From an uncultured Methanolobus sp. (GTDB lineage Archaea; Halobacteriota; Methanosarcinia; Methanosarcinales; Methanosarcinaceae), in contig OY776215.1 in assembly GCA_963675495.1 (NCBI GenBank), positions 896,001-960,000 on the forward strand: DNA of 64,000 bases. Direction: 5' to 3'. Both the position numbers and the translations under genes were made by a program. Shown piece after piece: positions 19,920 through 30,336 of the stretch. Position 1 is the first letter of the stretch. Each line of letters opens with the position of its first letter. The notes below the pieces were generated by a model, which had not been told where the DNA came from, ran no database searches, and saw only the letters and a list, made by a program, of their open reading frames with translations.

Positions 19920-20843
19920 TCAGAATTTAAGATCTCCCTTATCCATTAATACTTTAAGGTCCTCAAGACTCAGGCGGCCACTTTTTTCCAGTTTCTCTTT
20001 AGCGACAACAAGATGTTCTTCCTGTTTCCTGTCATCTTTTTCAACCTGGATATCATTGAGCTTTTCAAGATAAACACCAAGTTCATCCCTGAGCAATTCG
20101 ATCTTCTTCTTAAGGGGATCGATCTTTTCCCTTATAGGCGCAGTTACAGCATATTTCTCAGATATCTGAGAGTGTGCTTCATCGGCAGCTTTTCTGAATT
20201 CATCTGCCTGATTATAGAAATCGATCATTTCAAGATGGTATTTCTGGGATTCTTCTGCAAGCTTACCAATCTCATCACCAAAATCTTCTCTTGAATCAAA
20301 CACATCTTTTGAAGCTTCATATGTTTGCATTAATTTCTGATGGATATCGTTTGCATCAAATGCTGCCCCAAGACGCTCTTTAAGATCCATTAACCTACTA
20401 AAGAGATCGACCTCATGCTTCAACGGAATATCAGCATTCAGGAAGAGATCAAGGTCTGCAGCATAGGCTTTTGAAAGAGTTTCAACACTACCCTTAGATA
20501 ACTTGTTGAGATCATCCCTCTTTGTCTTAAGTTCATTGATGTTATCTGAAAACTTACGTGTCTTTTCATTAACTTCATTTCTTGAAGACTTCAAGGCAGC
20601 TATCTTTGCATTGATAGAATCTCTCTTGGACTTGACATCACGTGCCTTTGCCACCAGACCTTTTACCTTGGAATTTAGACCATCACGCTTCTTTTTTAAG
20701 TCATCTGTGTTGGTTCGATGAAGTTTGAGTTCCCTGAAGATACCTTTAAGCTCACGCTCATGGTGACCTACTTGAGTGCGGATGTCGTTCACTTTGTTCT
20801 TCAGCTCTTTTTCATTCATTGATGAAACATCTATATCAGTCAT
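19920..20843 (-). CDS. Conserved archaeal coiled-coil protein (COG1340-like)
   Basis: Heptad-rich, repeated KRDxLN motifs, C-terminal GRLSLEDL. Confidence 0.75.
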   Translation of the reverse strand: MTDIDVSSMNEKELKNKVNDIRTQVGHHERELKGIFRELKLHRTNTDDLKKKRDGLNSKVKGLVAKARDVKSKRDSINAKIAALKSSRNEVNEKTRKFSDNINELKTKRDDLNKLSKGSVETLSKAYAADLDLFLNADIPLKHEVDLFSRLMDLKERLGAAFDANDIHQKLMQTYEASKDVFDSREDFGDEIGKLAEESQKYHLEMIDFYNQADEFRKAADEAHSQISEKYAVTAPIREKIDPLKKKIELLRDELGVYLEKLNDIQVEKDDRKQEEHLVVAKEKLEKSGRLSLEDLKVLMDKGDLKF

Positions 20844-21517
20844 GCTTCAACCTCTCCCGCATCAATCACATCAGGTTGCTTCTCCCAGTGCTGCAATGCC
20901 TCTTTATGACTTTGTATCCTGTTCTCTAACCATTTATACCTTGGAGATATTTCGTTCATTTCACCCTCAAGTGAAGATATAGAATTATTGTAACTTTCTT
21001 CTGAACTATCGATAGAACTTAATTCCATTTTAGAACTGAGAGCCTGCTTTATCCTTTCATTTATAGCAGCAAGACGATCGTCAATACCTGATGCTTTTGA
21101 ACTAAGAGCAGAGACACTCTGCAAAATAGGATTTACCCTTGCTTGCTCTTCATCAGGAGTAAGTGAACCTTTCACCTTTAAAAGCTTCTCTTTGACCAAA
21201 GACATTTCTCTGGAAAACTCGCTGTTATTGGAAACCGAATCATTCAACTCATCAAGCAATTTTTCTGCCTGGTGGTAGAACAATTGTCTCTTTTCATTTA
21301 ATATCTCTACTTTTTCCAGGACCTTTTCCCTATTGCTTTTAGAGGAATCGATCTTTTCCTGAACTACTTTCATTTTAGTTCCGAGTTCATTGAATTCAGA
21401 AGCATATTCATCTAAGAACTTCTTATGCTTCTTAACAACTCCTTCAATGAGCCCTTTTCTATCAAAGGTGTTTGGCGCATTGTTTTCTACGCCCGAAACC
21501 GCCATCTCATCATTCAT
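20840..21517 (-). CDS. Hypothetical coiled-coil protein
   Basis: Helical E/K/S-rich ORF. GAGG precedes ATG 21517; stop overlaps the next start. Confidence 0.75.
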   Translation of the reverse strand: MNDEMAVSGVENNAPNTFDRKGLIEGVVKKHKKFLDEYASEFNELGTKMKVVQEKIDSSKSNREKVLEKVEILNEKRQLFYHQAEKLLDELNDSVSNNSEFSREMSLVKEKLLKVKGSLTPDEEQARVNPILQSVSALSSKASGIDDRLAAINERIKQALSSKMELSSIDSSEESYNNSISSLEGEMNEISPRYKWLENRIQSHKEALQHWEKQPDVIDAGEVEA

Positions 21518-21535
21518 AACAAAACCTCGTAGCAT

Positions 21536-21826
21536 TTATATCCTGAATACCTGGGCATGTGCTACTTCATTAATAATACGTATATGATCTTTATTTACTA
21601 CACCGCATTTAACGGCACAAGAAACTGCTTTTTCACCGAAGATGTTAATATTGGATGCTTTTGATATAATCTCAATAGCTTTTTCCTCCGATACAATTTC
21701 TCCTTTGTAGAATTCTTCTGTTATTGTAACAGTGATATTTCCTTCTTTAAGGGTTTTCCCTATCAATTCCCTGTCGCATAGGGCAATGATAGTCGTGTCA
21801 CCTGATTTGTGAATCTTTAGATACAT
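21536..21826 (-). CDS. DUF424 family protein
   Basis: IALCDRELIGK, EEFYKGE, NIFGEKAV, HAQVF. Confidence 0.85.
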   Translation of the reverse strand: MYLKIHKSGDTTIIALCDRELIGKTLKEGNITVTITEEFYKGEIVSEEKAIEIISKASNINIFGEKAVSCAVKCGVVNKDHIRIINEVAHAQVFRI

Positions 21827-21838
21827 GGGATCACTTCT

Positions 21839-23929
21839 TCAAACTACCTTTACGTGTTCTTTATCGGGTTTTATTAAATCACCGGAACGTCTCATCTTGG
21901 ATATCAGCTCTTCAGCATGTTGCCGGTCTATCTGTTGGTTCTGAGCCTCCGCATAGACCTCCTCAAGTGGTGCCTTGCCACCAGGATGCTTTTCACCGAC
22001 CATTTTAATGACCTCTTTGATTATCTTTATTCTGTCCCTCTGGCTCTTGCTTGTACCGGAAGCTATGACATCCACATCAAATGCACCTGTATCAGGATCA
22101 ACACCAACCTGGCGCAGACATGAATAAACTATCTTAGTTGTTCTTTTGGCATCATCCATTGTCGCAACGTTACTGAGACGCAAGCGTGCGCTGGCCTCGG
22201 CAAGTCTTACAAGGGCTTCGAGCTGACGTGCAGTGACCGGAACTGGGGCATCCTTACCATCCCCCATCTTTCGCAGGTCCATGTAGAACTTTACAAGATG
22301 TTCACGTGCATCATCTTCCATTACAGGGAAAATATTCCTTCTTGAATAAGCAATATACTTCCTGAGCATATCGGCATCAATGACAGGCTTGATAACTTCC
22401 ATGTGACCGTCGACCTGTTCCTGGGTAACAGTGCTTGTAGGCAGGTTCTTGCGTTGTTCAGAGAGTTCACCGGCGTAATGAGACTTAAGAATGTGTTTGG
22501 CTATCTTTGAATCCATATCCTCATTCGGCGTATCCAGCATAACAAATATCATATCAAATCTTGAGATAAGGGCAGGTGGCATGTTAATCTGCTGGGCTAT
22601 ACCCTCATACCTGTCAAAACGCCCGTATTTTGGATTTGCAGCACCAAGAAGTGCACATCGCGATTTCAGTGTGGCAAGAATTCCTGCTTTTGCTACACTT
22701 ATGGTTTGCTGTTCCATTGCTTCGTGGAGTGCGCTCTTGTCCTCTGTGCTCATCTTATCCATTTCGTCCACTGCAGCAATACCCATGTCAGCCATGACAA
22801 GGGCACCTGCTTCCAATGTCCAGCGACCATCTCCCAGATCATCCTTTACTGCTGCGGCGGTCAGACCGCTTGAAGAAGCACTCTTACCTGATGCAAAAAC
22901 TCCCCTTGGAGAGAGTTTGACCATGTAACGAAGCAGCTGACTTTTTGCAACACCGGGATCACCTATAAAGAGCATATGGATATCACCACGCACCCTGGAA
23001 CCATCTGGAAGATGTTTGGCAACACCTGAGAACAGTTGAAGTGAAAGGGCTTCTTTCACATCCTCATAACCATAGATTGAAGGAGCTATTGAACCGATCA
23101 TTTTATTGTATATTTCCGGGTCCTTGCTCATGGCACGGATCTCTTCCTCTTCTTCAGGGCTTATCTCAAGTTCATCAAATTCCAGATCCATGTATTCTAT
23201 GGAATTAGCATGTAAGACCAGATCATAGAAAGGAGATTTGCCTTCTCTGGTGGTTCGCTGATGAGAACGCAGGACTCCATTGATAATAACACGATCCCCG
23301 GGTTTCACAATACCTGCAAGGTCATCCTCGATATCTACATCAAGACTCTGAGGTTGTGAACCACCTTTAAGGTTCTCAGGAGATTCCTGTATCTGGAGTT
23401 TCTGCGCATCAATAAAAACTGACTGGTTTATAAGTATCTTGAATGGACCTTTTCGGCCACATGTTTCATTTTCACAATCAATGGGTTCTATAAATTTGAT
23501 CTCTGTCTGGGGAACCATTGTCACATGTTCACAACGCATGCACTGGAATGCAGCATTGAGAACCTTAGGCCGAACTTCTGTTGCCTTACGGATCATCCCC
23601 TCAATAGCAACGAACTGTAGGAGATGTTTACTACGAAGATCCCTGTTAGGTATCTTATTAGGTATCCTTACAAAACGGACCTTTGCATCAATAAGGCTTT
23701 TCTCAACAGGAAGATCGATCTGCTGAAGTGCATTGTCTGCACTTGGCATTACCTCATCCGGATTAAAAAGAAGCTCACTAGCTATTTCCCTGTCAAATAT
23801 CTCAAGATCAGAGAACTCAACTTCGAGACTACGCTGGTCAGGATAATTGTTCGCGAGTTGCAGAACGCCATCCCAATAATATTTTTTAAGGAACACTACA
23901 AATTTTTCGTCCCACTTACCTTCAGTCAT
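21839..23929 (-). CDS. mcm: Replicative helicase MCM
   Basis: Zn finger CMRC...CENETC, Walker A GDPGVAKSQ, AVDEMDKM, arginine finger SRFD, TARQLE. No intein. Confidence 0.97.
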   Translation of the reverse strand: MTEGKWDEKFVVFLKKYYWDGVLQLANNYPDQRSLEVEFSDLEIFDREIASELLFNPDEVMPSADNALQQIDLPVEKSLIDAKVRFVRIPNKIPNRDLRSKHLLQFVAIEGMIRKATEVRPKVLNAAFQCMRCEHVTMVPQTEIKFIEPIDCENETCGRKGPFKILINQSVFIDAQKLQIQESPENLKGGSQPQSLDVDIEDDLAGIVKPGDRVIINGVLRSHQRTTREGKSPFYDLVLHANSIEYMDLEFDELEISPEEEEEIRAMSKDPEIYNKMIGSIAPSIYGYEDVKEALSLQLFSGVAKHLPDGSRVRGDIHMLFIGDPGVAKSQLLRYMVKLSPRGVFASGKSASSSGLTAAAVKDDLGDGRWTLEAGALVMADMGIAAVDEMDKMSTEDKSALHEAMEQQTISVAKAGILATLKSRCALLGAANPKYGRFDRYEGIAQQINMPPALISRFDMIFVMLDTPNEDMDSKIAKHILKSHYAGELSEQRKNLPTSTVTQEQVDGHMEVIKPVIDADMLRKYIAYSRRNIFPVMEDDAREHLVKFYMDLRKMGDGKDAPVPVTARQLEALVRLAEASARLRLSNVATMDDAKRTTKIVYSCLRQVGVDPDTGAFDVDVIASGTSKSQRDRIKIIKEVIKMVGEKHPGGKAPLEEVYAEAQNQQIDRQHAEELISKMRRSGDLIKPDKEHVKVV

Positions 23930-24008
23930 GGTTACACAATAATTAGTTAAAAGTCATTTAGGGAATCCAACATAGCCTTCAAATGATATGAACATTTCGA
24001 AACATACC

Positions 24009-24728
24009 TCAAATGACATCATCATACGGGTCGCTTTCACCGATGTACTGCCTCTGCATCTTGCGAATGATTCCGCGAAGTGTCTGTACTTCCCTTGGAA
24101 GCAGGCAAGCTCTTCCAAATATTCTCCTGAGCATCAGCTCGGTCTTTTCCCTCTTATGCTCCGGATAGTCAATATCATTAAGGAGTTCGGCAAGATGCTC
24201 ATACAATAATTGAATATCAAAGGGTTCTGCCAGTGGAGTATCACCATTTGTGATTTCGCTTAACTCGTAAAGAACAACAGCTACAGCATGTGACAGGTTC
24301 ATGACCGGATAGATATCTGATGTGGGAATCGTCATGATCATATCACATTTCTTTAGCTCATCTTTTGCAAAACCATTGTCTTCCCTTCCAAAAAGTATTG
24401 CCACCTTGCCACTTAAGCCTGACAGACGTTCTTTCATCTCACTAGGAGAGTATCCCGGAACTCTCAAATGCAGATCGAACCTTGAACCGGATATACCCGT
24501 AGTACCTATGATAATACTACAGTCATCAATAGCCTCTTCAAGAGTTGAGACTATTCTTGCATTTTCCAGTATATCCCTTGCATGTGAGGACATTGCCCTT
24601 GCTTCCCCTTCAAGTTTACAGGGATTTACAAGCACAAGGTCAGAGAAACCAAAATTCTTCATTGCCCTTGTAACAGAGCCAACATTCCCCTGATACAGGG
24701 GTTCAACAAGTACTATTCTAAGGTCCAT
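24009..24728 (-). CDS. trmJ: SPOUT tRNA methyltransferase, TrmJ family
   Basis: LVEPLYQGNVGSVTRAMKNFG, FGREDNG, MNLSHAV. Confidence 0.9.
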   Translation of the reverse strand: MDLRIVLVEPLYQGNVGSVTRAMKNFGFSDLVLVNPCKLEGEARAMSSHARDILENARIVSTLEEAIDDCSIIIGTTGISGSRFDLHLRVPGYSPSEMKERLSGLSGKVAILFGREDNGFAKDELKKCDMIMTIPTSDIYPVMNLSHAVAVVLYELSEITNGDTPLAEPFDIQLLYEHLAELLNDIDYPEHKREKTELMLRRIFGRACLLPREVQTLRGIIRKMQRQYIGESDPYDDVI

Positions 24729-24989
24729 TTAAAAGTACAACCATTAAGTCCTTTTGTGATTTGCGTTACTTAAGCATGTTACGACATATAAGGTTAATTA
24801 GACTGAAACACTTTATGATGTGTGAATTTAATGCAACAAAAGGGCTCCTGATATAGATTTCCTTGATGAAAATGTTTAAATATCATTGAGACTACAATCA
24901 TGCAAACCAAACCGGTTACTTATAAGTAAAAAACAAAAACAATTTTTCTTGTAACTATTATACTTATATCGATATCAGGAGAAAACTAA

Positions 24990-25787
24990 ATGTCTATGGA
25001 GTATTTTGCAGGCGTAAGTGACGCCTTAAGACTTACTTTTGTGCAGGTTATGATTATGGCAAATCTGTCCATTGGTATTTTCATTATAGGAATGTATATA
25101 AACATAAAGAAGTGGGGAATGGGCTCCACTGGCTACGGGCAGACACCTTCTAAAAGCATTTTAGCTTTCCCTAAGATGCTCATGTACCAGATGAACGAGC
25201 ATGCCCATGTCCACAACCAATCCGTTCTGGAAACTTTTATACTTGACATACTGTTCCAGAGAAGGATACTGAGAAGAAGCCCCCTCAGATGGTTCATGCA
25301 CTTCACTATTTTCGTTGGATGGATGGTACTCTTTATCATGTCAATGTTGATGTTCCTTGTAGAAATGATACACATGATAGGAGAAAAGGTAGGATATGCA
25401 CACTCTCTGCCTGAATTTATGACACCGGCAATCTTCAGAGAGATTCTCGCCGTACCAAACGACATATTCAGTTACATACTGCTTGTTGGTATCATCATTG
25501 CAATCTACAGAAGACTGTTCGTTGCAAAGATGAGGGAAGCTACCATTGCGTACGACTCAGTACTTCTTATCGGACTTACCGTTATCACAGTATCAGGATT
25601 CATTGCAGACGGAATCAGAACCGGAAGATTCTGGGGATTCGCTATGCCTGTTGAATGGGCACCGCCAGCATCACTGTTCCACGTAATCATTTCACTGCTG
25701 TTCTGCATAGCATACATCCCATTCAGTAAGTACATACACATGATCGCAATACCACTCGCACTCCTTGCAAACAAGGGAGGAGAATAA
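24990..25787 (+). CDS. hdrE: Membrane heterodisulfide reductase cytochrome b subunit
   Basis: TM helices with heme His motifs (RWFMHF, LFHV, SKYIH); directly upstream of hdrD. Confidence 0.92.
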   Translation: MSMEYFAGVSDALRLTFVQVMIMANLSIGIFIIGMYINIKKWGMGSTGYGQTPSKSILAFPKMLMYQMNEHAHVHNQSVLETFILDILFQRRILRRSPLRWFMHFTIFVGWMVLFIMSMLMFLVEMIHMIGEKVGYAHSLPEFMTPAIFREILAVPNDIFSYILLVGIIIAIYRRLFVAKMREATIAYDSVLLIGLTVITVSGFIADGIRTGRFWGFAMPVEWAPPASLFHVIISLLFCIAYIPFSKYIHMIAIPLALLANKGGE

Positions 25788-25789
25788 AA

Positions 25790-27037
25790 ATGGCAAAACG
25801 TGAACCTTCAATTAATACAGAGAACTTTACAGCAGTCCAGCTCATGGAACTTGACTCATGCAGTCGCTGTGGCGAATGTGTGGAATGGTGTCCAACATAC
25901 GATGCATCCGGAAAAAACCCCGGACTTGCACCAAGGGATAAGATACTCAGGTGGAGAGAGTACATGAACAAGTCCTACGGACTTCGTGCAAAGCTCTTTG
26001 GGCCAAAGGAAATCCCTGAAGAAGAAATAGAAGAATTCAAGGACGATGTATACGGCTGTACAACCTGCGGAATGTGTGGAACTGTCTGTGAATCGGGAAT
26101 CAACACTGTAGAATTATGGGAATCCATGCGTGCAAACCTCGTAAAACGTGGAAACGGCCCATTTGGTAAGCAGGGTGCTTTCCTCAAACTCATTGGGCAG
26201 TACAAGAATCCCTACATGGCAGACAACAAGGACAGGACAAACTGGTTCCCTGAAGACGTCAAGATCGAAGAAAAAGCAGAAGTACTCTACTATGGAGGAT
26301 GTACTGCAGAGCTTAGACAAAGAAAGCTTGCACTTGCAACAGCACGTGTACTCAATAAGTTAGGCATCAAGTTCACAATGCTCGGTGAAGATGAGATATG
26401 CTGTGGTTCTGCACTTATCAGAACAGGGCAGTACTATGTCGATGATATTGCAAAGAAAAATGCACAGACAAACATAGATAATATCGCTGCAAGAGGTGCA
26501 AAAACAGTACTTTACGCATGTGCAGGATGTTACAGATCATCACTCATTGACTGGCCAAGACTCACAGGACAGGAACTTCCCTTCAAGGTAGTTCACATTA
26601 CGGAATTCCTGCAGGATCTTATCGAGAAAGGTGAGATCAAATGGGAGAAATCAATTGACAAGAAGGTCACATACCACGACCCATGCCACCTTGGACGTCA
26701 CGTTGGTGTATACGAACCACCAAGAGCAGTCCTTGAAGCAATTCCTGGAATCGAATTTGTCGAGATGGACAGGATCAAAGAGAACCAGCGCTGCTGTGGA
26801 GCTGGCGGTGGTGTCAAGGCAGGTATTCCAGATCTTGCACTCGGTGTTGCATCAACACGTGTTGAGGATGCACTTGCAACAAAAGCAGACCTCCTTTCAA
26901 GCGCCTGCCCATTCTGTAAGAGAAATCTCAGTGATGGAAGAGATGCAGTCGGTGCAAAGGAACTTGAGGTTGAAGATGTCATTGTTCTGACTGCAGAAGC
27001 AATGGGAATCGACCTTAGTGACACACCAGACGAGTGA
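25790..27037 (+). CDS. hdrD: Heterodisulfide reductase catalytic subunit D
   Basis: Two 4Fe-4S motifs plus two CCG domains ([27 protein letters not shown]). Confidence 0.94.
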   Translation: MAKREPSINTENFTAVQLMELDSCSRCGECVEWCPTYDASGKNPGLAPRDKILRWREYMNKSYGLRAKLFGPKEIPEEEIEEFKDDVYGCTTCGMCGTVCESGINTVELWESMRANLVKRGNGPFGKQGAFLKLIGQYKNPYMADNKDRTNWFPEDVKIEEKAEVLYYGGCTAELRQRKLALATARVLNKLGIKFTMLGEDEICCGSALIRTGQYYVDDIAKKNAQTNIDNIAARGAKTVLYACAGCYRSSLIDWPRLTGQELPFKVVHITEFLQDLIEKGEIKWEKSIDKKVTYHDPCHLGRHVGVYEPPRAVLEAIPGIEFVEMDRIKENQRCCGAGGGVKAGIPDLALGVASTRVEDALATKADLLSSACPFCKRNLSDGRDAVGAKELEVEDVIVLTAEAMGIDLSDTPDE

Positions 27038-27108
27038 TTTACTTCACTCTTCTTTTTTTTTATTTTCAGGACAAATTGAATATACTTATTAGTACTATTT
27101 ACTTTCAC

Positions 27109-27747
27109 ATGCAAATCCCTTATGAATTACTTGGTAAGGTCTTTATTATACTCGCAATAGCTACAATGGTAGTGCTGGGAATAGCATTATTACTTGGAGC
27201 TTACAGTTTTAAGAAACATAGAATACTGTTTCCAAATTTCGTCCTGTTCATTCTTTATCTGTTCTACGGCCCTGCAAAATGGATATGCAGGATATTTGGC
27301 ATCAAGGATACTCTGGTTGATGAGATATTAGTAGAGGTCCGTAATGCTGTAATGCTTGAAGGATTCAGAAAGATAAAGAATGGTCGAGTCATATTCCTGC
27401 CACAATGCCTGCGCCATCCGGATTGTAAGGCTCGTTGTGACCCTTTGATGGGGTACGAATGCAAAATGTGTGGCCTTTGTGATATAGGAACCATATATAA
27501 AGCTGCTAAGGAAAGGAATTTCGAGGTTTATGTTATACCTGGTGGCAGCTTTGTTAAAAAAATAATCAAAGCACGACGCCCTGAAAGCTGCATAGGAGTA
27601 GCATGTTATCCGGAACTGTCAGAATCCATGCAGGGAGCATCACCTTTTATGATAGTGCAGGGAGTTTCATTATTGCAGGATGGATGTTACAACACCAAAG
27701 TTGACGTTGATGAAGTGATCAGGAAAATGGAGGAGTGCGATGTATAG
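27109..27747 (+). CDS. DUF116 family protein
   Basis: N-terminal TM helices, LPQCLR, CKMCGLCDIG, PGGSF, GVAC, DGCYNT. Confidence 0.85.
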   Translation: MQIPYELLGKVFIILAIATMVVLGIALLLGAYSFKKHRILFPNFVLFILYLFYGPAKWICRIFGIKDTLVDEILVEVRNAVMLEGFRKIKNGRVIFLPQCLRHPDCKARCDPLMGYECKMCGLCDIGTIYKAAKERNFEVYVIPGGSFVKKIIKARRPESCIGVACYPELSESMQGASPFMIVQGVSLLQDGCYNTKVDVDEVIRKMEECDV

Positions 27748-28360
27748 AACAATAGGAATAATGGTTACTATAATCCTTGTATTATCCGTTCTGCTGGCAC
27801 TCATTGCCTTGGCCGTGAGCCGCATTAGCCTTAACAGGCATGTATGGCTTGCAGGTTTCTTTGCCGGAATACTTGACTTCTTCTATATGCCCTTGAAATA
27901 TTTCTTTTATAAATTCTCAGACCCACGAATACTTGACAAATGGATGGTATCCCTTAAGAACATCTCAAACAGGAATGAGTTTAGTAAGACTCAAAAACGC
28001 ATGATAATAGCGCCTCACTGTATGCGTTCTATGGATTGCCCTGCATCCTCAACAAGAACGGGGATACAATGTGTTTCCTGTGGTAAATGCGTATTTAGCG
28101 AACTTAAGGACGATGCAAAAAAATATGGATATGATCTCTATATCGTAACAGGCTCATCATTTGTAAAACATGTTCTGAAGGTGAAGAACTACGATGCAGC
28201 TTTGCTGATAGCCTGTGATTATGAACTGAACAAGGTCATGATGGGACTTAAAGGCAAGAACCTGATAACATATGGTATTCCCATGCTCAATGATGGGTGT
28301 TTCAATACGAAAGTTGAGTATGATGAAGTGATCAAGACGTTAGAGATGTTTTCTGAGTGA
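27740..28360 (+). CDS. DUF116 family protein (tandem paralog)
   Basis: APHCMR, CVSCGKC, TGSSF, IACDYEL, DGCFNT. Confidence 0.85.
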   Translation: MYRTIGIMVTIILVLSVLLALIALAVSRISLNRHVWLAGFFAGILDFFYMPLKYFFYKFSDPRILDKWMVSLKNISNRNEFSKTQKRMIIAPHCMRSMDCPASSTRTGIQCVSCGKCVFSELKDDAKKYGYDLYIVTGSSFVKHVLKVKNYDAALLIACDYELNKVMMGLKGKNLITYGIPMLNDGCFNTKVEYDEVIKTLEMFSE

Positions 28361-28582
28361 AGCATTTAAGTTCCCGCAGGTTAACTCTGTTTTTACTGTT
28401 GAAAAACAGTATCTTTTTTGAATGACATTTCTGTACTATTTATTAATAGGCAATATTCAGTATCAAATCAAAATTTTTATTTGCTATTGAAAAAGATAGA
28501 ATAAACAGAAAATTTGATAGTAGTCGTTGATCTCATTTTTGAGATTTGTTTGCATTCGTACAAGATACAGGACGTTGATTTA

Positions 28583-28711
28583 TTGATCTATGATGTTGTC
28601 GTAGTTGGTGGTGGGCCAAGCGAAGCCATGGCTGCAAAAACATGTGCTGAAAGTGGTTTAAGTGTATTGCTTCTGGAAAAGGAAAAAATACAAAAAAGAT
28701 ATGAAAAATAA
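28583..28711 (+). pseudogene. N-terminal remnant of a geranylgeranyl reductase-like FAD oxidoreductase
   Basis: [16 protein letters not shown]...LLLEK: the GxGxxG motif is broken (G to E) and a stop follows after about 42 codons. Confidence 0.7.
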
Positions 28712-28718
28712 TACTTAG

Positions 28719-29104
28719 TGAGTGAGGAGAGTAAGCTCCCTTCTGTTGATGCAATACATTCATCCCGCATGGCAGGATTATGCGCTCCTAAGAGCTGCAT
28801 TGACGGCATTCGGCTACGCGTCCACAAACTTCGGGAATGGTCTAAACAACCATTGACCCCTACTCCTGACTTGCACCCACGAGGATTCGCCGTTCCATCC
28901 GCATCCATGCGACCTCAGCTTTTCAGCATCACAGCATTAACATGGTACGGTATCGTTTCTGTGCCAGCATACAGCATAGCTGCATGAGTTGCAAAGCAAC
29001 TGCCCAGGCTCTCGCCTGATACTCTTTACAAGTATTCGTGCGTTTAGAAGGTGGGGAGACTTTCCTCAGGTCAAATGACCCGGCGGCCGTCCTTCCTCTC
29101 TCAT
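28719..29104 (-). ncRNA. rnpB: RNase P RNA (archaeal)
   Basis: Minus strand has the universal P4 halves GAGGAAAGTCTCCCCACC (29049-29068 region) and ACAGAAGGGAGCTTACT (about 28730-28746). The 5' and 3' ends are complementary (P1), the segment is GC-rich, and a TATA-like element lies at about 29126-29132. Confidence 0.95.
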
Positions 29105-29278
29105 CCAGAAACTGGATACCATGTCATATATACCTTATGATAAAAAACACAGCATTATTACGAATTTTTAATTTCGTAAAAGGTTCCAGTTTAATAGTGG
29201 TTTTTTAAAATAAAGCATCTGCTTAAATTTATTAGAGATTAATCACAACATTTATTAGCGATACAATGAAACAACTGA

Positions 29279-29524
29279 ATGGTTGGTATGAAATATAGCA
29301 GATACCTTATAACAGGTATCACTTTGGTAACAATACTATTGTTGTTCGCCTTCTCAGGAGCAGTTTCTGAAACCGAAACCGAGTTATTCAAAACAAATGG
29401 TTTTGATGCGGCAGAGCATGGATACGGCATATTATTGTTAGGAATAGGATTGCCCCTCCTACTGGCAACAATCTTTATCTATACCAGAATGAGAAAAAGC
29501 GAACCTCTCCAAAAACAAAAGTAA
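29279..29524 (+). CDS. Small membrane protein (signal/TM, short loop, TM, basic tail)
   Basis: 81-aa ORF with two hydrophobic segments and a C-terminal RMRK. Confidence 0.6.
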   Translation: MVGMKYSRYLITGITLVTILLLFAFSGAVSETETELFKTNGFDAAEHGYGILLLGIGLPLLLATIFIYTRMRKSEPLQKQK

Positions 29525-29536
29525 GGTGTAATTAAA

Positions 29537-29755
29537 TTAAAGTTTAAGTACACCACAGCCGCAGCCACGGTTCAGCAGGAAATCTACTTTTGAAATAATC
29601 TCTTCCTGATGAAAATCAGACAGCTCTTCGAACTCTTCCTTATGCTTATCCTTTACGTGCTCTATCATTTTTTCCTTAGCTTTCTTTGGATCGTTGTCCA
29701 CCACAATGAAATCATCATTAAAGCCAAGATCCCTGCATCTCAGTATATGTACTAT
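29537..29755 (-). CDS. DUF1059-like small metal-binding protein with non-canonical ATA start (absent from the ORF track)
   Basis: GGAGGT, a 6-nt spacer, then ATA. Translation (M)VHILRCRDLGFNDDFIVVDNDPKKAKEKMIEHVKDKH...RGCGCGVLKL matches the CxDxG...HxxxxH pattern. Confidence 0.7.
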   Translation of the reverse strand: MVHILRCRDLGFNDDFIVVDNDPKKAKEKMIEHVKDKHKEEFEELSDFHQEEIISKVDFLLNRGCGCGVLKL

Positions 29756-29841
29756 GATAAAACCTCCCTGATTTAACTAGAAACTCCTGCTTTATTAATT
29801 TTTGTTTTAACTGCAAAAAGGATATTGATAATGGTCGGACT

Positions 29842-29967
29842 TCAAAGGAAGAACGATACACCAATAACGATGAACAGGATACCGGCACCTATCCGCACAT
29901 ACTCCATGGGAATTCTATTTGCTATGAAATTCCCTAAAAGGATAACAAGACCATCATAAAGTTGGAT
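29842..29967 (-). pseudogene. Startless fragment resembling a TMEM165/GDT1 (UPF0016) membrane protein
   Basis: YDGLVILLGNFIANRIPMEYVRIGAGILFIVIGVSFFL-stop, with an in-frame TAG just upstream and no start codon at its 5' end. Confidence 0.5.
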
Positions 29968-30336
29968 CTAAATTTGAATTACAATGAATATTTAATAGCC
30001 AGTTCCCTCTAAATCTAGGCTTGATAACATCTCTCTTTTTAAGATAATCCATCCGATTTTATGATACTACAATAGTTTCAATTTGATACGCTAAAGAATA
30101 TACTCAGAAATCCATCTAAACTGTTACAAATTTCAAATAGTATTAAATACTACCAGTCGGAAACAGGCTGGCTGTTGTTGGTAATCCAAGCAAAAAAACC
30201 ATAGATAATAGATACTTTTTAATAATAGCATGCACCAACCGTTAGCCTACTAGTACTATCCAGACGGTTAGGAAAAGGTCGGAGGTAGGAAGACCGACCT
30301 TAAAAAATAGTAACAAAATAGAGGAAGTAATAAAGC

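Noticed and set aside
21839-23929. Intein in MCM, or a mobile-element MCM
   Set aside because: Normal 696-aa length, continuous motifs and housekeeping context.
28588-28987. ORFs 28718-28987 (+) and 28588-28908 (-) as proteins
   Set aside because: They overlap the RNase P RNA gene and have no recognisable protein motifs.
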